A program made the position numbers and the translations under genes. The notes below the pieces were generated by a model. That model had not been told where the DNA came from. It saw nothing but the letters and a program-made list of their open reading frames with translations, and ran no database searches. A stretch of DNA of 64,000 nt from a virus: the IMG/VR virus record IMGVR_UViG_3300020056_000025, positions 4,131 to 68,130 of that record; one strand, given 5' to 3'. Positions 9,396-18,462 of this stretch are shown one piece after another. Position 1 is the stretch's first letter. Each line of letters starts with the position of its first letter.

Positions 9396-9404
9396 GTGTA
9401 TATA
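9395..9404 (+). promoter_or_regulatory. Putative late promoter motif copy (TGTGTATATA)
   Basis: Directly abuts the terminator T-tract, 53 nt before ATG 9448 (RBS AGGAGGT). Confidence 0.6.
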
Positions 9405-9447
9405 CCTTTAGATTATACTTTTTTGTGGATTTCTCAGGAGGTAACAA

Positions 9448-10200
9448 ATGGCTGCAATTTCAGACTATCTTGAAAAAGAACTTTTGAATTTTATTTTCAG
9501 AGGATCAACATCTTTTCTTGGTCATACTTCTATACCTAGCAATCCCGCTTTTGGAGACCAAAACATACCTTGGGGAAAACCTAGTAATATTTCCATAGCT
9601 CTATTAACCAGTGTTCCAAAAGAAAATCAAACTGGAGCCACAATGGATGAGGTTAGCACCACTTTTACAAACGAGGGTGGAACAGAAGTAAGCACTTTGT
9701 ATGACAGAGTAAGTCTTGGAAGCCCAAGCGAGGTGGGTAACTCCAAGTGGTCAGATGTTGGTGTCGATAATGCTTCTGCTTATTATGTGTACACGGAAGT
9801 TCCTGCCGATTCTGGATATTGGTATCCACTTTATTTAAATGAAAACTCAGTTACTGGAACTGTTGATGGGCCAATTGAATTTACTGAAGATTTTCCGGGT
9901 GTTCAATTTTATGCTCCTGCAAACACAGTTCAAAAAAGACAACAGGTTAATCCAGACCCACAAGAAATTATTTATAAGCTTTATGATGGGAATGGTTTTA
10001 TTCAAAACCAGACAACTATATCATTTCCCCAAGCGGGCCAAGGTGGCTGGGGGACAATTAGTGCTGTAGCTATAATGGACAGTCCAACTGTTGGCGAGGG
10101 AAACATACTTTTTTACTCTCAACTCGAAACACCAAAAAGTGTTGGGCGCGGTGACATTGTTCAATTTATACCATCATCCTTAGAGCTTAGTGTTAAGTAA
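9448..10200 (+). CDS. Virion structural protein (fibre-associated), with central insertion
   Basis: N-terminal ISDYLEKELLNFIFRG and C-terminal ISFPQA...WGTISAVAIMDS...GNILFY.QL..PKSV..GD.VQF match a widespread small phage structural family; extra sequence lies in the middle. Confidence 0.6.
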   Translation: MAAISDYLEKELLNFIFRGSTSFLGHTSIPSNPAFGDQNIPWGKPSNISIALLTSVPKENQTGATMDEVSTTFTNEGGTEVSTLYDRVSLGSPSEVGNSKWSDVGVDNASAYYVYTEVPADSGYWYPLYLNENSVTGTVDGPIEFTEDFPGVQFYAPANTVQKRQQVNPDPQEIIYKLYDGNGFIQNQTTISFPQAGQGGWGTISAVAIMDSPTVGEGNILFYSQLETPKSVGRGDIVQFIPSSLELSVK

Positions 10201-10202
10201 GC

Positions 10203-13200
10203 ATGAAAATTACAAAAGATACTTTAGTATCGATTATCAACACTGATATTCCAGACAACTCTACTGCTGAAATATCACCGCTTGATATTAGGAAAAATCT
10301 TCTTAATATCATTGACTCTGTTAGTAATCTAACAGAAAGAGACGATTTAAAATCCAATAACTTAGAAACAAATTTAAGTCGATCAACAAGGCTTGGTATT
10401 TCTACGCACGAAAGAAGACTAACAGATGTCTTCTCTAGTCAAGACGATGTTTCTATTGGTTATGCTTCCTCCAAGTCTCAGGTTGAAGGCGCGAGAAATG
10501 TAGCAGTCGGTGCTTATGCATTAACTTGCAACATGTACGGTGAAGACAATGTTGCAGTGGGATACCACTCTCTTGGAAATACTATTGGCGGTTATGCAAA
10601 TGTTGGTTTGGGCGCTTTTACTCTAGAAAGTGTTAGAGACGGAAACTTTAATATTGCAATAGGTCATGGCGCTGGATATTACATTGGTGGAAACGATAGC
10701 TATAAACTGTACATAGCTTCACACCCAGTTGATTCTGATTATGTTTGCTCTAATTCAACTGGTTCAGGCTTAATACCATTCATCATTGGGGATATGTCTG
10801 ACGGTAATCATAAACTTGGAATAGGTATTAGAAATTTCATTGATAATACTTCAGCACTTCAAGTGGCTGGCCGTATAGTTCCATCAGATAATAATTCCTA
10901 CGACTTAGGTAGTGACGATCACGGTTTTAGATCTGCTTATCTTTACGATTCTCTATTTTTTGGAACCCAGAGACTTCATTATAGCAATAACTCTTTTAAT
11001 CTTAGTCGATCATTAATTGTAGATGGAGATCATACTGTAAATGAAAATATTTATGGATCTGGCAACGCGGTCATAGTTGGTTCTTTAGAAACGGGCGGAA
11101 ATCTTCAAGTTAATTCTTATGGAACTATTAATGGCACACTTGACATTGCTGGTCACACTCGTCCCGTTAATGATATACGGTACGTTCTTGGCGACGCTCA
11201 AACAAGGTGGTTATCTGCTCATATCTACAGCCTTAATGTTGACGGTATCGCTAGAATAAATAAATTTGAAGCTATGGAGCAAACCCACTTCAAAAATAAA
11301 ACTATATTCTTAGCATCTACTGGAGATATGACTTCAATTGATGGTGGAGGTCCAACCTCGTTATATGATTACTATGTTCCTTCTGATGATTTACCCACAG
11401 AACCAGTTGCACACTTGTTGGATGAAGATTTAAATGGCGCTGGTTTAAAAACCTCAAGTAGAGGCGTTGATTACTACAGAACATACTCTTTTGGTTTTAA
11501 CTCTAGAAATGGAGATTTAAAATATCTTGAATTAGATAATGTTTTTTCTAGATCTTCTTGGAACAGTAACATTAGTATATCTGTTAAAGATGGTATGCAT
11601 GTGCAAACCCAACGAGTTCTTAGTAAGAATTCCCTAAGTTTAGTGACTGACAATGATGGTCTAGGTCTTTTCTTTAAAAATGGTTCTTGTTATTTCGCAA
11701 AAGAAGATGACCTGTCGATAGATAAAGTTGGTAATGGAAATTACAATTTTATAGCGCCTTCTGGCACAGTGGATAGATTCGACATATCTATCTCCAGCCC
11801 AGAATCTGGAGTTAATCTTTTTCAGAAATTCTTAAACTATACATCTAATTACGAGTTTGATAATGGTCTAGAAAAGTTAGATGGCTTTCAGCTTGGTTAC
11901 GTTAATGATTCACAGATACCTCAACCGTCTTATTTTAATGAGCAAGAAAATCAAAATCCTAATAGGTTTATAATATCTTCTTATAACAATACTTCTCACG
12001 CTAAACGCTGTTTTACTCTTTTGCAGGATGGAACTGAGGGATATGTTGGCATAACCAATTTTGACCACTCTGAGTCCATGCTTCCAGATACTATTCTCAA
12101 CATAAGGAGTACTGGAAATGCTATTATTCGAACAACTGCTGAAAATGAAAATTATACTGCTGGTCTTGAGATTTTAAGCAAATCAAACTGCTTAGATGAT
12201 GGTTTTGGTATTTACCATGTTAACACCAGTGGAACAATAAATTTCAATACTTATAAAGATGGCATTCCCAACGAATCAATTACAATTGGAAGTTCCAGCG
12301 GAAATGTATCTATTTTAAATAGATCAATGACAACTAATGCTATGTTATCCCTTGGGGATGAAAGTCACGCTGAGGCCGCAATTGCTATTCATCACTCAAG
12401 TGGAATACCTAGCGGCTTTCGTGGTTATGGTCAAATTTTTACAAGAGACTTTCCAGATGGAGATAGTCAAACAAGTTTATTGTCATTTGTTGATAATAGT
12501 GGTAACTTGTTTAATGTAAACATGACAGCTTCAACAATTGGCGGTTTATCAGATAGGCCAGTTGGAGTTGATGATTATGGTAATACCTTTGTAGGTGTAA
12601 GAGCGCCTTCTTCAAGATCTAATATCGTTAGCACTACAGAGCGTAATACTATCTATGGATATGAAGCTTTAACTGATGTTTCTGCTAATTCAACCGACAA
12701 TGTTGCTGTTGGATATAGGGCTGGAAAAGGAATATCTTCTGGAGATGGAAATGTATTTATTGGCTCTAATCTAAACGCCAGTTCTGACAATAGTAATAAC
12801 ATAGTTCTTGGAACTGGGATTACAACTTCTTACTCTAATAGCATCGTAATTGGTCACGGAACTCCTACCGTCAGAGCTAAGACAGATGGTATTGATAAGT
12901 TCTTTGCAGCAAATAATTCTTTAGCCGCTTTTCCTAATGATATAGCTAATACATCCACTTCAAACATACAACAGAACAGCACACACTACAAAGTTGAAAA
13001 AATTAATTTTACAGGTAATTTATTTGATATAAATAAAAAGGCATACTCTGAAGGAAATGAATATCTTACAAATGTATTAGAAATAGACTGCACTAATTCT
13101 GCCCCATCGTCTTCAGAGAGCTATGCTACTAATAGCAATCAATCATTCAAAGTAAATGCCGACCTTAAAGTTCGTGGAGAAATATTTTTTCCTGATGGTA

Positions 13201-13628
13201 CTAAAATTTCTAATGCTAATTTCCTAGCAGAGCTTGACACAGCTGAAAGCAATATTACCACTAATTCTAATAGCATTTCAAATCAGTCTAACAGAATGGA
13301 TGGCATTGATAATAGGATAGACGCATTAGTTATAGAGGGCGTTGTAACAACAGTTATACAGCCGGGATCTAATAACAGAGGTGGAGATTGGCCAAGCGAC
13401 CAAATTACAGACGATTCTAATTCTAGTGACAGGCTTGTATTTTACATCAAGAGAAAAGTTGTTAATTCTTTAGACCAACTAGTTAATGCTGAGTCTTCAG
13501 CTGAACCGCCAAGCGAAATAGCAGTCACTCTCAGAGATCCAAATATTGAAGTTTACACAGGAGATTACGTAATAGCCATGAAGATTGGAGATGAATATCG
13601 TCCAATTTCTATCACCGGAAACAACTAA
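10203..13628 (+). CDS. Long fibre/spike protein with trimeric beta-roll-like repeats
   Basis: 1141 aa with two arrays of N(V/T)A(V/I)G repeats, two P..D..Y.LG...(F/W) fibre motifs and a coiled coil near the C-terminus. Confidence 0.65.
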   Translation: MKITKDTLVSIINTDIPDNSTAEISPLDIRKNLLNIIDSVSNLTERDDLKSNNLETNLSRSTRLGISTHERRLTDVFSSQDDVSIGYASSKSQVEGARNVAVGAYALTCNMYGEDNVAVGYHSLGNTIGGYANVGLGAFTLESVRDGNFNIAIGHGAGYYIGGNDSYKLYIASHPVDSDYVCSNSTGSGLIPFIIGDMSDGNHKLGIGIRNFIDNTSALQVAGRIVPSDNNSYDLGSDDHGFRSAYLYDSLFFGTQRLHYSNNSFNLSRSLIVDGDHTVNENIYGSGNAVIVGSLETGGNLQVNSYGTINGTLDIAGHTRPVNDIRYVLGDAQTRWLSAHIYSLNVDGIARINKFEAMEQTHFKNKTIFLASTGDMTSIDGGGPTSLYDYYVPSDDLPTEPVAHLLDEDLNGAGLKTSSRGVDYYRTYSFGFNSRNGDLKYLELDNVFSRSSWNSNISISVKDGMHVQTQRVLSKNSLSLVTDNDGLGLFFKNGSCYFAKEDDLSIDKVGNGNYNFIAPSGTVDRFDISISSPESGVNLFQKFLNYTSNYEFDNGLEKLDGFQLGYVNDSQIPQPSYFNEQENQNPNRFIISSYNNTSHAKRCFTLLQDGTEGYVGITNFDHSESMLPDTILNIRSTGNAIIRTTAENENYTAGLEILSKSNCLDDGFGIYHVNTSGTINFNTYKDGIPNESITIGSSSGNVSILNRSMTTNAMLSLGDESHAEAAIAIHHSSGIPSGFRGYGQIFTRDFPDGDSQTSLLSFVDNSGNLFNVNMTASTIGGLSDRPVGVDDYGNTFVGVRAPSSRSNIVSTTERNTIYGYEALTDVSANSTDNVAVGYRAGKGISSGDGNVFIGSNLNASSDNSNNIVLGTGITTSYSNSIVIGHGTPTVRAKTDGIDKFFAANNSLAAFPNDIANTSTSNIQQNSTHYKVEKINFTGNLFDINKKAYSEGNEYLTNVLEIDCTNSAPSSSESYATNSNQSFKVNADLKVRGEIFFPDGTKISNANFLAELDTAESNITTNSNSISNQSNRMDGIDNRIDALVIEGVVTTVIQPGSNNRGGDWPSDQITDDSNSSDRLVFYIKRKVVNSLDQLVNAESSAEPPSEIAVTLRDPNIEVYTGDYVIAMKIGDEYRPISITGNN

Positions 13629-13641
13629 TGAGGAACCTTAA

Positions 13642-15753
13642 ATGGCTAATGATTGTGAACCAACTGGCTGCTTTAGAGGACCGCAAAGAAATAGAAGAGT
13701 TAAAGCTTCTCCACAAGACAGGCCGTATCTAGACTACACGACGCCTTCTCCACTTACAACAACCACCACTACATCAACTACTGTAACTCCTATTGTTCCT
13801 CGGGTTTTAAGCGATTTAGTGTCTATTCCTGATAGTGGTGCTGTTTGTCCTACTTTAGAAACAACTGTTTCACCCTTCTATTTTGATGCTATAGGTGGGG
13901 ATGAAAAGATAGTAACCCCCAATTTAATAATTCACAAATTTAATAAAGATGGGGTTTTTTCTATTTTTCCATATCCTGACCAAGATGGCGAATTTTTTGC
14001 AAATACAAAAATTTTATTAGTAGGAGGCGGTGGTGGCGGTGGGATGTACAATGGTGGCGGAGGAGGTGGGGGCGGAGAAGTTATACATAAAAATTATACC
14101 TTTGGCGAAGGTAGCTATCAGATCATTATTGGCTCTGGAGGTATTGCTGGACAAAATGGAAATAGTACTTTCATTCCACAAACCTTCGTTGAAGCCATAG
14201 GGGGTGGCGCTGGTGGAGACGCTTATAGCGATAATGCCAAGAGAGGAGCTAGCGGAGGAGGCGCGGGAGGTAGAAGCAACTCTTTGGGAGCTTTAGGTAT
14301 ACGCGGAAATAATGGAGGCGCTTCTATTGGCAACTTAGGGGGAGGAGGAGGAGGAGGTGCTGGAGACAGGGGGCAATCAGCAGGATCATTTGTTGACAAT
14401 TCTACAGTGAACGCTGGGGTTGGTGGTGACGGAGTTGCAATCACAATAGATGATAAAGAGTACTCTTATTACTCAGGAGGTGGAGCTGGTGATCCAACCA
14501 CAGACCTCACTTTACCAAGAAGTTTGGGTGGCGGCGGCAGTACTACTGAAAAAGATGGTTTACCAAACACTGGCGGTGGCGGCGCTGGAGATGGTGGAGA
14601 CGGTGGAACTGGCTATTGCGTTATTAGCTATGTGCCTATTACAACTCCAGCACCCACGACAACCACCACAACAACTACGACAACCACCACAACAACGACG
14701 ACTACTACAACTACTACAACAACTACCACGATTCCTCCAGACCATGTTTTATTTAGGATTGATTATCAAGATCATGGATTATTGTATGGCGATTCTGAGA
14801 AAGATATTGAAATTTTTTCTGGTCCTGAATATGAAAAACGGTCATCTTCTGCTAGGGTTTATCCTTCTGGTGATTATGTTTTTTATGAAGCTCCACTTAT
14901 AACTTTTGCTGGTGAGGGAGTTAAATATATTTTTGATCAAGGTGATCCCATCATCTCACAAGATAATTTATATGTAGAATATCCCTTTTCTTTTAGTTTT
15001 CCAAATCAACCCGAAACTAGACTTCTTATAGTTTTTGATGGAGAGGCTGTTGCTCCAACAACAACTAGTACTACCACCACAACTACTACTCTACCCCCTC
15101 TGTGTACGAGCATGTATCATACTGCTGACATATCTTTAGACTCTAATGGTTCATGTTTTCAAACCCCAAATTCAGAACGTTTGTTATTTCCTCTTCAGTT
15201 TTTTCTTTCTAGAAATCCATTTCCTAGTTCAATTACTGGCACTTCTTCAGAACAGTTAGATATTATTGGAGACCCTTGGTATAACGGTATATATTTTGAG
15301 TCGGCAAAATCCAGAGCGGATGCAGATGAGTTTGTAAGTAATTTGAGTGCAGACCACAAATTGTTATTACCTTACTCTGACGGTGTACATGAAAATATAT
15401 TTTACACACTAAAATACCCAAGTATATCAAGTAATGAAATTAATGAATCTTTTTTTGAAACTGTGTATTCAGAACCGTTAATAAATTACTTTATTCAAAT
15501 GGAAATATTTTTAGATTACAACTGCGTTGTTTCAGACACAGACGTTTGTGGTAAAGGAAATGATGAAATTAGCGGTTTTACTAGAATTTATTTTCGAGAA
15601 ATATTGTTTGATCAAGAATCGGTTGTGCTTAATAGACTAATTTCACTCTATAACTATAGAGCCTATGGAGAAATTAATCTCAGTCTGTTGTCTAATTCTT
15701 CTTTATATTACATGATAGACTTTGGGACTAGAGAGAAAGTGGTGGGATCATAA
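13642..15753 (+). CDS. Virion protein with glycine-rich domain and poly-Thr linkers
   Basis: Gly-rich domain LLVGGGGGGG...GGGGGGEV...YYSGGGAG...NTGGGGAG...GGTGYCVISY, typical of phage tail proteins, plus three Thr tracts including T25. Confidence 0.65.
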   Translation: MANDCEPTGCFRGPQRNRRVKASPQDRPYLDYTTPSPLTTTTTTSTTVTPIVPRVLSDLVSIPDSGAVCPTLETTVSPFYFDAIGGDEKIVTPNLIIHKFNKDGVFSIFPYPDQDGEFFANTKILLVGGGGGGGMYNGGGGGGGGEVIHKNYTFGEGSYQIIIGSGGIAGQNGNSTFIPQTFVEAIGGGAGGDAYSDNAKRGASGGGAGGRSNSLGALGIRGNNGGASIGNLGGGGGGGAGDRGQSAGSFVDNSTVNAGVGGDGVAITIDDKEYSYYSGGGAGDPTTDLTLPRSLGGGGSTTEKDGLPNTGGGGAGDGGDGGTGYCVISYVPITTPAPTTTTTTTTTTTTTTTTTTTTTTTTTIPPDHVLFRIDYQDHGLLYGDSEKDIEIFSGPEYEKRSSSARVYPSGDYVFYEAPLITFAGEGVKYIFDQGDPIISQDNLYVEYPFSFSFPNQPETRLLIVFDGEAVAPTTTSTTTTTTTLPPLCTSMYHTADISLDSNGSCFQTPNSERLLFPLQFFLSRNPFPSSITGTSSEQLDIIGDPWYNGIYFESAKSRADADEFVSNLSADHKLLLPYSDGVHENIFYTLKYPSISSNEINESFFETVYSEPLINYFIQMEIFLDYNCVVSDTDVCGKGNDEISGFTRIYFREILFDQESVVLNRLISLYNYRAYGEINLSLLSNSSLYYMIDFGTREKVVGS
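14656..14730 (+). repeat. ACN codon run encoding Thr25
   Basis: All four Thr codons are used; the run begins with a near-perfect 21-bp tandem duplication (acgacaaccaccacaacaac[t/g]). Confidence 0.9.
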
Positions 15754-18455
15754 TGGCATTAACTATAGGCGTGGCTGGCAGAAAACATGGTAAAGGAAGG
15801 GTTGCGGCTTTTACGAAAGCCTTTAGCGTTTCTGATTTTACTATTTCTGGACAAGGACAAGATTTGCTCATTCGATTGTTTTTAAACACAATGCTTTGGT
15901 GTCACAACCCTAAAGGTAAACTTGTTTTTTTGCATGATACTGATAATCAAACATTGAATTCAAAGATTAAATCTTTTATTGATGATCTAGGCTTTTTTTG
16001 TCAGATAATGCCAGCTTGGTACAGTGAGCAAACCATTACTACTTGTGATGCAAGAATTATTATTCCTTCATACAATGCAAACCTTGGTTTAAAAATGCCA
16101 GACGCTGTTCAGCAAAGCATTATGGATAATGTCGCTGGTGGAGAGGGATTAATTATTGGAGAATGGTTTCATTTACTTCAATCAATGCCTTCCAGAAGAT
16201 CTTTTTCTTTTTCTTCGGACATAAATGAAGGTTTATATACAATTTCTCCAATAGCTTTAAATTTAAATAAATTTGTTGTTTGGACAAAAGTTGATGAATT
16301 GGCTTACATAAAAACACAGCAAGAAGACAGCATGTCTTATACTTTGCCTCCAAGATTTGATGTAGAAAACGTATCTAGTGATGTAAATTTTTCTGCTCAT
16401 TTTTCTCAGCTAAGTGACATTAAAGATGATGCAATTACTTTTTGGATTACTGACATTCCTGCCATTTCCAATACCACCACTACAACAACCACAACAACCA
16501 CAGAATCTCCCGTTGAATCAGATGACATAAAGATGAAGCTATTTAACGTTGAAATGGTTGATTACTGTGGTCCACAGACTTGGTATTTAGGGGGAGAAGA
16601 TGCAGATAAATTTTCATTTGATGGAAAACATGTTTATTTAACGAAAAATTTAACTGAAGAGAAAAATTTAACTTTTGACATTATAACAGAAGATCATTTT
16701 AACCCCAAAAGATTTGAAAAAAAAATAAAACAAGTTGATGTTATTGTGAAAAAATGTAATTCTCCGATTACCGAACCCAAGAAATATAGACCCGCATACT
16801 CTTACAGGGGGTGGCCTTCAGAAGAACAACATATACAAGTATGGGGAAGCAATGCTATTACAGGAATTATAAATGATTTTTCTGAATGGGAAATTTATGG
16901 CAATGGAGATTTAGACGATCCAAAAATAGCAATCCTTGGTGGTATGCATGGTGATATCAATGTTCTTTGGCTTCAATTAAACAATGGAGGAACTGTTAGC
17001 GGAAGACTAACTACTAGCCTTTCGACCGCAGAGGCGAGTGCAGGATCTTTAGATACTATAGGTAACAATAGTTTTTATTCTGATATTGCAGCTCTTTTTT
17101 ATGTTTCAAACTCTCTTTCTACCAATATACATCCCTATCAGCATGTTGATGATATAATTCCTTTTCTTGATTCTAGCGTGGAAGGTGTTGTTAAAAGGGT
17201 TCCGGGCATTACAGAGCCTCCAACTGGAGAAGGTCAAAGTGGTGAGACTACAGAAGGTTTCACTTTTAATATAGAAGACCCAAACGAATTAGACGAGCAA
17301 AGCAATAGAGTGCGTGGCGATGCTTACTTAGTTCTTGTTCTGAAAAAGAGCCCGACAGTATCACAATATGATGATAAAGTTTACTTAGAGGCTTATTATG
17401 GATCAATATCGACCACTCCTCCACCCACATTTTCATACAACGTGTTTATTATTAATAATGTTGCTGGAACAAGTTTGAGCAGAGATTCTTTAACTTTTAC
17501 TAGTGAGGCTACAAACGACCCTTTACCTACGACTAGTTTTACTATTTTTAGTGATGAAGGTGTTGGAATTAATTCTCTTAGCTCTGTGGATAATTCTGAA
17601 ATTTTAACAGTTAGCATTGGAACAATTCAAGATCCTATTTCAAGCAGGGTAATAAATGTTGATCTAGAAAAAATGCCAGTAAATGGCGGCGCTGCAACAA
17701 TAATTCTTTCTGGCTCTACCATTACAACAACTACTCCTGCCCCTCCTCAAAGTGCTACTTTGAATATTAATTTTTTCAACAATGTTCCAAATACAGAGCT
17801 GATAAGTGCTGATTATGGAGAAACTTATAGAGCTTCAATCACCGCATTAGTTAATTCAACTGAAGTTCAACTTTTTTCAATTGATTGTAAAGCTGGTTAT
17901 GCTTGGTATAGTAGTAATATACCCTCTTATACTCTTACTTCTTCTAGCCCCTCTTCTGCTTTTGTTTCTTTAGTTCCTCAAAAGTTAAATGATACTACAG
18001 TTCGCTTAACGTTAACTGTATTAATTCCAGAGGGTGGCGGAACTATAAATATTACTATTGAAAATAATCCTCCAGTACCTGTAACAACTACGACTACGAC
18101 AACCACTCCTGAGCCTTGTAGTAATTTGATACAAATTATTTGCCAGCAGACCTTGGTGTGCTCAGAAGATGCTGATGGTAATTGTCAGGCTTCATTGCCC
18201 ATTTCTCAGGAGGTTATATATTACACTTGCTGCGACATTGATGAAGAAGCTGTACTTTCTATCATTAGAACTGAAAATGGATCAAGTTCAACAGCTACAT
18301 TACAAGAAATTTACTCTTCTTACTGTCCTTCTTCTACTAACACTTTGTTAAATCCATGTCAGCCAAAAGATCAGGATGGAAATTGTCAAGAAACAATACA
18401 TTCTGTTATAATAGATGAAATTTCTTGTGGTTCTTCAGAAAACCCATTACCATAG
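15753..18455 (+). CDS. Multidomain virion/surface protein with Thr linkers and Cys-rich C-terminus
   Basis: 900-aa ORF coupled by TAATG. Beta-rich domains are separated by four Thr/Pro tracts. Confidence 0.6.
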   Translation: MALTIGVAGRKHGKGRVAAFTKAFSVSDFTISGQGQDLLIRLFLNTMLWCHNPKGKLVFLHDTDNQTLNSKIKSFIDDLGFFCQIMPAWYSEQTITTCDARIIIPSYNANLGLKMPDAVQQSIMDNVAGGEGLIIGEWFHLLQSMPSRRSFSFSSDINEGLYTISPIALNLNKFVVWTKVDELAYIKTQQEDSMSYTLPPRFDVENVSSDVNFSAHFSQLSDIKDDAITFWITDIPAISNTTTTTTTTTTESPVESDDIKMKLFNVEMVDYCGPQTWYLGGEDADKFSFDGKHVYLTKNLTEEKNLTFDIITEDHFNPKRFEKKIKQVDVIVKKCNSPITEPKKYRPAYSYRGWPSEEQHIQVWGSNAITGIINDFSEWEIYGNGDLDDPKIAILGGMHGDINVLWLQLNNGGTVSGRLTTSLSTAEASAGSLDTIGNNSFYSDIAALFYVSNSLSTNIHPYQHVDDIIPFLDSSVEGVVKRVPGITEPPTGEGQSGETTEGFTFNIEDPNELDEQSNRVRGDAYLVLVLKKSPTVSQYDDKVYLEAYYGSISTTPPPTFSYNVFIINNVAGTSLSRDSLTFTSEATNDPLPTTSFTIFSDEGVGINSLSSVDNSEILTVSIGTIQDPISSRVINVDLEKMPVNGGAATIILSGSTITTTTPAPPQSATLNINFFNNVPNTELISADYGETYRASITALVNSTEVQLFSIDCKAGYAWYSSNIPSYTLTSSSPSSAFVSLVPQKLNDTTVRLTLTVLIPEGGGTINITIENNPPVPVTTTTTTTTPEPCSNLIQIICQQTLVCSEDADGNCQASLPISQEVIYYTCCDIDEEAVLSIIRTENGSSSTATLQEIYSSYCPSSTNTLLNPCQPKDQDGNCQETIHSVIIDEISCGSSENPLP

Positions 18456-18462
18456 GTTTAAA

